Assembly: GCA_965203295.1 (NCBI GenBank)
Contig: CBDBCZ010000011.1
Location: 352,001-416,000 of the forward strand
From: Nitrospirales bacterium
GTDB lineage: Bacteria > Nitrospirota > Nitrospiria > Nitrospirales > UBA8639
Length of the DNA: 64,000 bases
Direction: 5' to 3'
The notes below the pieces were generated by a model. That model had not been told where the DNA came from. It worked only from the letters and a program-made list of their open reading frames with translations, and made no database searches. A program made the position numbers and the translations under genes. How positions within the stretch are numbered: position 1 is the stretch's first letter; each line of letters starts with the position of its first letter. Positions 40,217-52,076 of the stretch are shown one piece after another.

Positions 40217-40899
40217 ATGCAAGGGACTCTGAAGACTCAACATAATGTATGCTAACTTATACGTGTAGTAGCTAGCTATGTTCCAGTCTAGCTAATTAAC
40301 CCCGCGCATTCGAATTCATTACTTAAGTTCTTAAATCTAGTTAGGGATGTTTTTACCTCAATGTACATGTATGCAATGTCTTTTTTTAGTATTTTCCACA
40401 GTAGCTACAGGCATTTGTACCGGCATATATATATAACCTTGGCTAGGAAACTGCTAGTCATTGCACTAGTCTGGTACCAGACTAAGATGGCACAGAAAAA
40501 GAATCGTAAGTTGAAAATTATGTTTACAAGGGTAAGTTGCAATTATCAAGGGTAATAGCGCTAGCATAGATACGTATATACTCTGACATGAGGACAAAGG
40601 CTAGGGGCACATGACATGGTTGTGTGGGCCTAGATCACATGTATATAGCCTCATACCCAGCCCCTGCCCCTTTTTTGTTATGGGAGGGGCCTGCATATGG
40701 GTATATATCTCTATCTCAGCAACACATGCAACAGCTGGGGGCACATTACCAGCTGCCCAAGCCACTAACAGTACCGTAGTCTCGCGTAGCCAGACTCTGC
40801 AACGCGAAGGTGTACGTACGTAGGCTCGCGACACGGGGGGCCTTGGCCTAAATTATTAATGACCTTTCACCTGAGCACGTGGTAAACACAGAATCAATC

Positions 40900-43800
40900 A
40901 TGGCGTGCAGACGGTCTTTGCTTTTGATTCGAAGACTCTCCCGACATTCCAGAACCATAGTTTCGTCTCCAGAAGCGCGACCGCCAGACCTCAGCGGCCA
41001 AGCCGTCGCCACTCTCGTCAAGGATCTGTTCCCCTTCAACGCGGTAAGCTTACACTACAACTACTATACTGTACAAACAGACTACCTGATGGGCGTTGAG
41101 GGGGAGGTGGTGGCCAAATATGGAGCCTCAATGCTTTACTCCATGACAGATTGTTGCTGGGACATTCGTTTTTTTTGTTTGTTTGTTTTTGTTTTTTTTT
41201 GGGGGGGGGGGGGGGGGGGGAATTGCTATATTGGTCTGTGCATACTCTTGTATAGCCTGATTACACACATGTACACTGGTACACTGGTGCACTAGCCTGT
41301 ATCTCAAATTATACCGAATCAACACAGCTAGCTCTAAATCCATGAATTAGTCTCTCGGTTTCCACCAGTTAATAATTCCATGGCGTGCACCGAGAGGTAG
41401 TCACTTTGTACCGCCTATAGAAATGTTTATGAATGGGATCAAGATTTTTGATCAGCAAAGACTGTCCTTAATTGTTTGATCGCTTGATTGAGCGTTCAGT
41501 AGTCCCTCCTCATTCGATTCTGAGAGTGATCATTGACCGTGTTACTTTCTGTTTTATGCATCGTTTTTGCCCACCGCGCATGGGCAATAAATGGAAGCTA
41601 GACTGGTGCTAGCTTTGTGCCCAGGCCCCTCCCACTCAGGCCACTCCCACCCAGGCCCCTTCCACCCGAAATGTACCTGGGTACGAGGCTAGACTGATAT
41701 GTTACACAGAAACAAGAGCTGCTTGGAGCTTACGCCCTCAGTGTCTCAACTATCGCTATGAGTCGGTTTTCAGACGGGATAAATTGAGTGAGTTTGCCAT
41801 CCCACCGTGACTGCAAGGGGAACTTCGTCCTTGTGCGCTTGTCTGAACACGTTTGCCATCGACTAAAGTGGTGCCTTAGCAACAGTTGCTATGCTCTACG
41901 TATTGTGTGACTTTGCGCAGTTTACAAGTTATGCTGCACATTTTATGCTCTCATGGCGATTTCGAGTCAGGATTAGTCTTAAGCCTAGGGTTAGGGTTAG
42001 GATTGGGGCTAGGGTTAGAATAAGGGATATGGTTAGCGCCTAGCTTTGTAGACTGCACAGCACCAAATTCATACAATGTGCAACACAATTTCTATAATAC
42101 AGTGGAACCCCTCTATTGTGGACACCTTGGGGACCTGGTAAAGTGTCCTGTATAGAGAGGTGTCCTCATTTCAGGGGTCAGTTTACATTAAGAAAGCATA
42201 TTTGGGACTTAGTGCTACTCACGTGACCTTCGACGAATCAGAAGTCTCAAACTCGATCACATGACCGCACGTTAAATCGCTTAATGCACACTTAAGTGTG
42301 CACTAAGTTGTTAATGCACACTTAAGTGTGCATTAACAAAATTAGTGCACACTTTTCTAAATAACGCCCAACAGAACCATGGCTGTCTCAGGTCAGTGAG
42401 TGAACTAAATACTTTAGATACCAGTTGGCAGTGCATTACGGGACTAGTTAGTGCGCTCGGACAATTAAGTAACGGTCTCGGGCGGATAATGCACTCGCCT
42501 TCGGCTCGTGCATTATCCGCCCTCAACCGTTACTTAATTGTCCTCGCGCGCTAACTATATCCCGTAATGCACTGCCAACTGGTATCTAAATATTACATAG
42601 CAAAGTGTCCTTAATACAAAGGTGTCCTTATTTCAGGAGTGTCCTTTAAGAGGGGTTCCACTGTAGTACCAATTAACAGAATGCTTCTTGACAGCTACAC
42701 GAACAGTCATGTCAATGAGAAACTCTCTATAGCTACGTGTGTAGACACACATCCATGTACAGTTGTATACTGCTGTTGATTACCGGCTAATTGGAGCATA
42801 CTCAGGTCTGCTCCAATCGGGGTATATCTGTTTATTTCCAAGAAGCTATTAAGCATAGTATCTTAGCTGTTTAGAGACCTGAGGGATGCACCTATAATCA
42901 CCGAGGCTGAAGCCTGAGGTGATTATAGGTGCATATCCCGAAGGTCTCTAATACTATCCTGAGGTCACTTAGACTATGGTTTCCAGCTTTCAATTTTTGT
43001 ATGAAATACAAATTTTGGATGAGGTGTCTTAGTGATTTTAAAGACCTTATTAAATTCAAAACATCAAAGCACACTATGCGCACCATTTTCTAATTGTATT
43101 TTTCCTTTTTTTTTTAAAGGTGGAAGAAAGCTCCGTGAAGCAGTTTCCAAGCTACGACGACAGGAACTTCTACTTTCGAGGCAGCGTAGCTGATGTGTTT
43201 GGGCACAACAACAGCCGCAAACAGATCACACGAGGGAAGTTCGGCACGAAAGATGTAGAGTGCGTGCTGAAGATAACGTCCACAGCATATGCTCCTTACG
43301 AGGTCATAAACGGCTCAAACAGCATCATGAATCACCTGAGGGGCAAGGGTATCCGATGCTCCTATCCGCTGACGAGCAGACGCGGACGACAGATTGAGCT
43401 GTGCAGTGAGAGTCAGCTGTTGCTGGATAAAAACAGCGTCGAGAGCGAGAGAGAATTTGGTGTTCGCGTGCTGGCTTTTCTCCCGGGAGAATTGATGGAC
43501 GAGATTGACAGGCGTTACATCACACCTGGGCTCCTGTACGAGACCGGGAAGTACATTGGAAATCTCGACGCTGCACTTCAGGTACACAGCGCCTGTTTCA
43601 ATACTGAATGATGTTTGCTCCTCAAGAGTTAGTTTATGACCTAGCCTTGTTCCCTGGCCTTCCTCTGGTTGTTGCTGTTTCCAGTAAGAAAAGTTAGGAA
43701 TATGGCCTGTTCCATATTGCATGTGTGTGACCCCACACATTGCAGTCAGGTGTTGGCTAAACTACATGTGGCCATAGATAATAGAATGTTATACGCCAAG

Positions 43801-44730
43801 AACCCAGACAGTTGATGCCAGTATATGGTAGCAGATTTCCCGTTCTCATTCCAGACTCCTCATTCTCATTCCAGACTCCTAGTTCTCATTCCAAACTCCT
43901 TATTCTCATTCCAGACTCCTAGTTCTCATTCCAGACTCCTCATTCTCATTCCAGACTCCTCATTGCTCTAATTCGAGACTCCTCAGTCTCAATTCAGACT
44001 CCTCATTGCTCTCATTCGAGACTCCTCATTCTCGATCCAGATTCCTCATTCTCATTCCAAATTCTAGTGCGAACCAGTAATACAAGTCACGGTGTATGCA
44101 TGCTCTTTCTTCATACAGGATCTTCACAACCCTGCGATCTCAGGCCGAGAGTCCTGCTGGGACCTCAAGCACTTCCCTAGCCTAAGGAGCCTCCTGCCCT
44201 CCGTTAAAGACTTGAAGAAGAGGAGCATGTCTGAAATGATGATCCAGCACTTCCAGGAAAACGTGTCCCCAAAGATGTCATCGCTAAGACAGGGTATAAT
44301 TCATGGGGATATGAATGGTTTAAATATTGTCGTTGCAAAGCAAAACGGTACCTACAGGACGTCAGGCATCATCGATTTCGGAGACTCTGTGCATTCTTGC
44401 TACGTATTCGAACTTGCCATAATGCTTGCTTACGCGATGGTACAGAATGCAAATCCACTGCAGCTCTCTTGTCCGATGCTCTCCGGCTATTTACAGGCTT
44501 TTCCCATGAGTGAAGAGGAGTTGGACTGTCTCTACTACTGTGTCCTTGCTCGACTCTGCCAGTCTGCTATGATTGGTGAACACAAGTTCAAACAGGAGCC
44601 TTGGAATTCCTATCTTCTTACCACCCCTGCAAAGGCCTGGCGAGTGATGAGGGAAATTTTAGCCGTCCCGAAAAGTGAAGTCGATGAAATGTGGACCGAT
44701 ACGAGACAAAAGCAATGCATAGCAATGTAA
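40900..44730 (+). CDS. HYKK: Hydroxylysine kinase-like, copy B (405 aa) with Arg-rich N-terminal presequence
   Basis: Exons 40900-41043, 43120-43581, 44119-44730; N-terminus MACRRSLLLIRRLSRHSRTIVSS; motifs SYDDRNF, HGDMNGLNI, DFGD. Confidence 0.9.
42100..42663. mobile_element. Tigger/pogo-like MITE with a nested palindromic insertion (about 42210-42596)
   Basis: TA|CAGTGGAACCC ... GGGGTTCCACTG|TA; comparison with the uninterrupted copy at 63583-63749 shows a ~390-bp insert made of hairpin sequences. Confidence 0.75.
43843..44060 (+). repeat. ~21-bp minisatellite (TTCTCATTCCAGACTCCTCAT)n, about 10 units
   Basis: Direct tandem units in HYKK B intron 2. Confidence 0.9.
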
Positions 44731-44959
44731 TCGACATGATGTAATGTGTATCGTTTCGTTAGTGGTGTCCCAATTTTTTTTTGTACATGTAGATAGAGGT
44801 ACAGTAATGTATTTGTGTCCTCTGTATGAAGTTGTGGGTAAAAGACGGCGCGCGCGGCGTGTAAAGAGTCACGTGAATCCGGGTTACGCGCATGTGTTAC
44901 GTACGGGTATACGAGCAAGACCTTTAGCATTAGCTCTCATTGGGAGACACTCCAGATCC

Positions 44960-47900
44960 ATGGCTTCTGTTTCAGAACTACGGCCTCCAGACCTCTGCAG
45001 GCGAACAGTTGCTACCCTCGTGCGGGAGCTATTCCCCTTTGAGAAGGTATTTAATAAAATCTCGCGAGTTCGAAGTACGTATCAATGTGTAGCACTGGAT
45101 CTTACATGTTGGAGTTTATTGGCTTGCATATTTTGATTGTCATGGGAATAACGGGCTAGAACTATTTACCCAATGTTTTGAAATAATTGGGGAAGTGTTT
45201 TTGCCCGATGGGCTATTCCGTTTAATAAGGGGGCATTCACAAACCTAAAGTGTAACAGTTAGCGTCATTGTGATGCTAAGGGGGGGAGGGGACAGCGCCC
45301 ATGACGCTAAGTACACATTCGGTGTGCACGGTTTCATCTAGAAGCTTTGTAATCTCACTCCACATAATTATGCAGTGACTAGTTTTGTCTAATACTGCAC
45401 CAGGAACGGTTATTTCGTTTTCACGATAATATATATATCATTCTCCTGTAGCAGTGTCTAAAGGCACGCTACATATTTAGCAGGCAGCTCCCCCTGGACA
45501 GTTAATCACATGTGACTTAGGTCCCCCCGACACAATTATATAGTGGTCCTGCCCTCCCCCCAGCCCCCTGTGCATAATTATTGCTCATCCACAGGGAGTG
45601 TTGGCTTATGGAATAGCCCAATAGGCAATGGGGTAGTATAGTCTCGCAAAGCCGTACCTCCGCTAGTGTGAGGGTATGGCTTTGCGAGACTAGGACAAAT
45701 AGGAACTCGCCCAAATTATAAACTATTGGGAACAACAGTCCATTTTACAGTGAAAAGTGCAGTCCTTTACCCGTGAAGACTGGTCGGTACTATATAGTGT
45801 AAGCAGAACATGGAGCACTGTTAGTGTTAGTTACCAACTGGCATGCGCAGAGTATGCCTCGTGCGGAAGAATATCTGGAGATATGCAAGTCGATTTTTGG
45901 TGTAGCTTGCTGTATAGCTAGTTGCTGTGGCGTGTGCGATGATGGCGAAGCGTCCTTGCCCTTTGCACGAGTTTGAGGATGTCAGCGAGGTCTCCTAGCG
46001 CCAAAATACATGGGGTGGTCTTACCTGGTACCGCTCCCTTCTCCCTGTAGACATCGTCTCTTCCGCAACCTGTCGTCTTCTCTCTCCTTTGCCTTCGTGT
46101 CTTGATCTTCTGAAGCGGTGGCTCTTTGCTTTCGCTTTTGCACTCTAGCGCGATCACGTTTGGATTCCTCCTTATCTAAGCTCCATCGAACGCGAACGAA
46201 GAGGCTACGTAAGCACGTGGCCGTGGCCTGGAAAGACCGCAGTATGGGGACCGGACCAGATGACAGAAACCACGCCCAAGTGTGACGGATATACATACAT
46301 ACATACAAACGCAAGCCGAATGCGATACACGATTACTTGCCTCGCACTAAGGCACTCGGTAATAATGATAATAACAGTATAGTGTTCCTTCTGAGCTTGT
46401 GCAAACAATACATGAACAGAATCAGTCAATGTATCATGGAGTATGGTAGTACTCCATATGTAGGGGTGGCACCAAAAAAACATGAATAGGATCAGTCAGT
46501 GTATGAATATTGTAGGATCAGTCACTATACCACAAGTACTATGTAGACAACACATGGCTCTATTGTGCCTAGAAAGGCACTTACTTGGGAAAAGAAAAAT
46601 ACTGAGCCTTGATGTGGTTTCTGAATATAGTTCTTTGATCAGCGCACTGTACCTCAGTAATCATCCGTCATATTTCTCCAGGTGTGTAACGTCTTATAGT
46701 TATTATGATACTACTTTGAAAATAGTATTATGGTTTTGCTGATTACTTTACTCTCTTTGCAGGTGGAAGAGGGATCTGTGAAGCAATTTCCCAGCTACGA
46801 TGACAGAAATTACTATTTTCAGGGTACTTTAGGTGATGAGTTCGTGCCCGGAAGTAGCAAAGGTACCAAAGACCAGCCAAACAAGGATGGTCTGGAGGAG
46901 TTTGTGCTGAAGATAAATTCGATGTTGTATCCTCGTGATCTTGTCGATGGCCTGAACTGCATGATGAGTCACCTGAGAGGCAAGGGCATCCAATGTCCCT
47001 ATCCGCTGACGAGCAGGAACGGAAGGCAGTTAGAAATGTGCAGTGAGAGTCGGCTGTCGAAGTGTGAAACAAATGACAAGGAGAAGGAGTATTGCGTTCG
47101 TGTCCTTTTCTTCATTCGTGGAGATGTGTTGGACAAGATCGATAAAGTACATATCACCCCAGGGCTTGTGTATGAGACCGGGAAGTACGTTGGGAGTCTT
47201 GATGCTGCACTTCAGGTGGGTTGTGTCTATAGTAGCACATTGGACATAGTTTATTGTACCTCATCTGTTTAGACTGGGTAAGAAGCAGAGATGAGTGAAA
47301 GCCTGTTGTATGCAAAGATTACATTGAACACACAACATACCATATCCTTTATGTGTAAGCGCCGTTTAGTGAATTTGCTAAATTATCAACATGCAAGAAT
47401 TATTGGGTGAGCGTGAGCGACTAGTGTATTCAATGGAGAATTTGTCTGTGCGTACGGTGTACGTACGTACGTACGTACGCACATACCGCATATCGCTTTG
47501 CGTTTCAATATAACGTTTCAAATAGTTTCCGTAATATTTCAAATTGTTCACGTGGCCACGGTGGCTGCAGTGCAGCTAGCTTAGGGATGCTCTCACAGAG
47601 TAGACGGCAGCGGCAAAGGCTACAGCGTTGCCGTATATATCCCCAGGTTGGCGATAAGTCACATTGGAACAGCAGAGAGCGAGTTCTAGACCCAGAAGAG
47701 TTGTCATTTCTCCAGGCCACCGACAGTGACACTGAGATGAGAGAAGGAGCCAAAAGAGCTGCTGAGGGTGCGTCGCCGCTAACGTATGCATGGGCTAATA
47801 CCTCGCTCACGCTCGCCCCACAATGCTTTGCATTCACCTAGTTAGTTACATGTGAGCAGCTGTGCGCACTGAGGTTTACTTCAGAATCTATTTATACCGT

Positions 47901-49429
47901 AGACTCGGGTTATTAAGCGCACCTTTTTTATAAGCGCACACCTTTTTATAAGCGCATACTTCCTTCTTGATTTTTGCTACTCGCTATTAAGCGCATGCGT
48001 GCGCCCGATTAAACTTTGAACTTTGAGCGCTCTCAGCACGAGATCGAGATCGTTACGTGCTATAGTATTGCCGAGTGTTTCACTGGAGAGTTTCACGATG
48101 GCTGCTGCTGCTGGTGCTTCTGTCCTTCCCCCGAACGGATCGGGAAAGGCTAAAAGGAAAAGCTATACAAGAGAGTTCAAGCTGACTGTTGTCAACCACT
48201 AGTACTATCGTGACAACAATTTGTACCAGACATCCAATCGTTGAACACGAAAACGATTTTGTACGCATGGTGCCTTCGAATGATGCTTTCGTGAATCAGG
48301 ATCGCGTCTTCCCCCCTTGCTGTGATAGTTAGCTAGCCATAGATCGAGATGCGGCAAGTGGGCGGGACTAATGGGCGGTGCTAGAAATCGCTCTTTTATA
48401 AGCGCACACTTTTTATTAAGCGCATATTTCCTTGCCGCTCAGACTTTTAAGTGCATGCGCTTAATAACCCGAGTCTACGGTATGCGTTATCGAATGCGCA
48501 TCGCATGCCTGTGACCCCCACGGTGTTATGCATTTACACGCGTATGCGCATAACAGTGCATATTATATTATCATTATATTGTATTTACGCATAATATCAT
48601 GACAAATCGCTCAATTTTAAACCCGCCAAATCCACTATGTCCAATCCACTAAATTTTTGTCACCTCAAAAATAATAGTCACCTTTAGGTAGATAGGGATT
48701 TAGAGTCTGCAAGGAAGGTGAATATAAGTCTATGCCAGTTACTAAGACTTGACTTATTAAATAACTGTATTACATTCATGTTATATTTACCTTCTTTAGG
48801 ATTTCCAACACCCTGCAATCTCAAGCCGGGAATTTCTAGATTGGGATCTCAAGCATTTTCTTACCCTAAAGAGGCTACTGCCGTACATTGACGACTTGAA
48901 GAAGCGAAATATGGCTGAAAGAGTGTTTAAAGATTTCAAGGAGCATGTGTCACCGAAGCTTTCATTGTTGAAACAGGGAGTAATTCATGGGGATGCCAAT
49001 GGTCTAAACATTGTTGTTAATAGAGAGAACAACAAGTACAAGGTAGCGGGCATCATCGACTTTGGTGACTGTGTGCAGTCGTGCTACATATTCGAACCTG
49101 CCATAATGCTTGCTTATGCAATGCTAGAGAGTGCACATCCACTGCAGCTCTCTTGTCCGATGCTCTCCGGCTATTTACAGGCTTTTCCCATGAGTGAAGA
49201 GGAGCTAGACTGCCTCTACTACTGTGTCCTTGCTCGACTCGTTCAAACGGCTACAATGGGCGAATACCTATTTCAGCAGGAGCCTTGGAATGCGTATTTC
49301 CTGACCACTCCTGCAAAGGCCTGGCGTGTAATGGAAGAGCTTCTTGCCACCCCGAAGGATGAAGTGGATAAAATGTGGACTGATGCAAGACAGAAGACTG
49401 CGGAGGACTTTCACTTTGAGAGTACCTAG
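44960..49429 (+). CDS. HYKK: Hydroxylysine kinase-like, copy C (389 aa)
   Basis: Exons 44960-45046, 46763-47215, 48800-49429; SYDDRNY, HGDANGLNI, DFGD. Confidence 0.9.
45639..45692. mobile_element. Tiny TAGTC...GACTA hairpin MITE (Academ-type termini)
   Basis: TAGTCTCGCAAAGCC / GGCTTTGCGAGACTA; similar element at 50449-50493. Confidence 0.7.
45900..46375 (-). mobile_element. Helitron/Helentron-like non-autonomous relic
   Basis: (TACA)n microsatellite next to a terminal motif; minus-strand charged ORF remnant (ESKRDRARVQKRKQRATASEDQ..EREDDRLRKRR) like Helitron N-terminal repeats. Confidence 0.4.
47400..47843 (+). mobile_element. Helentron-like non-autonomous element
   Basis: Subterminal inverted repeat GGTGAGCGTGAGCGA / TCGCTCACGCTCGCC, (GTAC)n run, ends ...CACCTAGT. 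Confidence 0.45.
47897..48480 (+). mobile_element. pogo/Tc2-like non-autonomous element
   Basis: TA|CCGTAGACTCGGGTTATTAAGCGC ... GCGCTTAATAACCCGAGTCTACGG|TA; internal GKAKRKSYTREFKLTVV, a Brinker-type HTH remnant typical of pogo/Tc2 transposases. Confidence 0.85.
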
Positions 49430-50079
49430 TACATTGCGATGCACTTATCTCGGTATTGGTCCACATTACAGTAGCTATCCATAATATGTATCATTTTGTA
49501 AAATTATATATTTATATAATTATATCACTTTATGCCTGAAGAGATAATGAATAGATTTGTGTATTGATTAATACATGTAGTGGCCTGGTGCTAGAGTTGT
49601 AAGTGCATATGTATACAACAAGTTGCAGTACAGTGTGAGGTAGTTGGAGGCGCGCGCGATGCATAAAGAGTCACGTGAGACTAGAAGTCTCTAGCAGAGA
49701 CATACCCCGCGGTGCATATTTCACAACTTGGACCTGGCAGGACTGCAGACTGGGCTGATGGAGTAGTTGGCAAAGTGTGCTGGCTGTGTATCCGCACGCA
49801 GAGTACGTACAGCGCTCGCGTGTATGCGTATATATCTGTATATCTTCTTATGGGAAGTGGTGGGCGTGACTGATTGCCAATATGAACACGTGACCAGAGT
49901 CCGTATATGCCCGGCCTCTATCGTATTCTAATAGTTGTGACCGTATTAAAACGGCAGAATGCACCGTTGTTAAATAAGAAAGAGCTGTAGATACAGCGAA
50001 TGGAACCGCTTTGGCGACTATCAGGTACACACCCGGACATTTTTTTTTTGATTTCAATGTTACTGTCGTGTTTAGCAAT

Positions 50080-50230
50080 CGCTTAACCCTGTAAATCGCG
50101 AGATAGCCCGATTTTTGAGTGGACAGACACCGGACAGACAGACGGACGGACGGACGGACAGACAGACAGAACCAATTGCTTAACCCCGCCGCCGCCTACG
50201 CGCTGCGGGGTAAACGCGCCGCGGGGTAAT
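50080..50230. repeat. End of a HINE/DINE-like Helentron derivative with (GACR)n microsatellite
   Basis: (GACA/GACG)n followed by TTAACCCCGC..GCGGGGTAA; an analogous terminus lies at about 52970-53040. Confidence 0.45.
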
Positions 50231-52076
50231 AAATTATGGGCTCAACTCAGACGTAAGTCTAGCTGCTAGACCCTCCCTCTCCCCCCTAAACAAAAAAAGG
50301 ATCGAACTTTTCCCTTTTTCTCTGGGGAGATGGAGGTAGCAGCTAGGCTACTCGTACCCAGGTCTTCCCCGCACTCGCGATAATACGCCATGCGTATGCA
50401 TGACAGAAGGTCGGTCGTGACGTCACGGATTTCGCTTGGTAATATAGCTAGTCTCGCGCGGGCCAAGCGGAAGTGGGCTGGCCCGCGAGACTAAACTATT
50501 GGATGGCAAAAGATGGGTTGCGCCATAAAATAATATACCTCGCGCATGTGGTACTGTACGTACGTCTCTCCAGATCCAATGCCATGGCCATAGATTAATA
50601 ACCTACTACGTACCGGGATTGGAAACGGAATCACGTGAGCGCATAAACCCTGTACATTTTGGCGGTGCCCATCCGTGCAGCGCTCTATGGTACGCCGCCT
50701 GGAACGAGAGATAGATGCAGAAGCGGTCCACTGGTAGTTCTGAAGCGACACTTTGAAGATTTTATACATCCTATCAATACTGCACAGTCTAAGAGAGGTA
50801 TATTTCTACTTACAAGAATAATATTGTAAAATTTGGGTGCAAAAAACGGCATATTTTTTGTTCCATAGCAACCATTTTCTCATCCCGAATGTTTTGTGGG
50901 ACAGTTTCTCTTATACCATGACACTTCTTAGGACTGAAATTTCAGATTTAGTTTGTTAAAGTAATGAAGTTTTGCATGCTGGGTATAAAAGTTTAATCTT
51001 GCTTGTGGTATAAGGTGTGTATACAATATTTGTCTGTTAGTGGTGTTTCTTTTAGACAGTTTTTGTGGGACAGTTGTATGATTCACACTAACATTTAAGA
51101 ATAGAAACTGTGCTACTAGGCATGGCCAGGTATTGAAGCTTTGCATGCTGTGAATGAATAAGAGTACTGCTTCTCTTGTGAGGTGTGCCTTGGTAATACA
51201 TGCATGCCCCTCACAAGTTCCTGCTTAATCATTTTCTTGTAGGATTCTTTCGATACACATGTAGCTACCAATTAAATGCAGTCAATATTTGTCATAGGCA
51301 AGATGGCAAAGTTTTTTTTAGTTTGCAGCTGTCTTCTGCAGTCGGGAGCGTGCAGTTTGTCCTCTGTCTGGAATCAAGAAGCGTCCGCTCGTGGGGGGTT
51401 TCTACACTAGCCCTATAGTAATTCCAATCGGTGCCACAGCTGGTGTCCTTTATAGAGAGGTTGTCCGCTGGTGGGAGGGTCCGTTATGGGAGGTTCCACT
51501 GTCAATGGTAGAAGACGACAATTAATTTGAAGTAAGGCAGATAATGGTGAAGGTATTAGCCCAGGAAATGAAAACAGTAGGTGTAAAGAACTTCACTGTA
51601 CATACATGTACTTTATACTTACTCTGTTACAGTACATGTATACATGCTCAAAAATAATCTCCGGGGAGAACGTTAGCGGGACAACTCTACTCCAACACCT
51701 ACATGTATCCACATCGGTTTCCACTCTGTCAAGTATGACCATGGCATGATCATGAGAGCCATTGACTGTTGATGGTGTATTCTACATACACAGAGTAATT
51801 ATGAATCTACCAGCATTTATGTTATCATGTATAAACAGCTGTTTGAACACAGTGTAGCTACATGCATACAAGGTATTGATACAACACTTGCTGTTGCAGT
51901 TTGAATTGTCTGTGGTTGCAAAGATTGCTAGTAGCTTCTTCTGCCATAGCACTGATAACAGCTGAATACACGTTTCTATACGAGCGGCGCGCGCGCAACA
52001 CGGGGAGGGCGTTGCACGGATGGTGGCGTGAAATAATTGCGTTTCCAATCCCGGTTACGTAGTTATTATCTATGCC

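Noticed and set aside
41985..42035. Interstitial telomere (TTAGGG-like)
   Set aside because: Only two or three degenerate units, as commonly found inside small repeats.
43843..44060. CRISPR-like array
   Set aside because: Head-to-tail minisatellite with no unique spacers, in a eukaryotic intron, with no cas genes.
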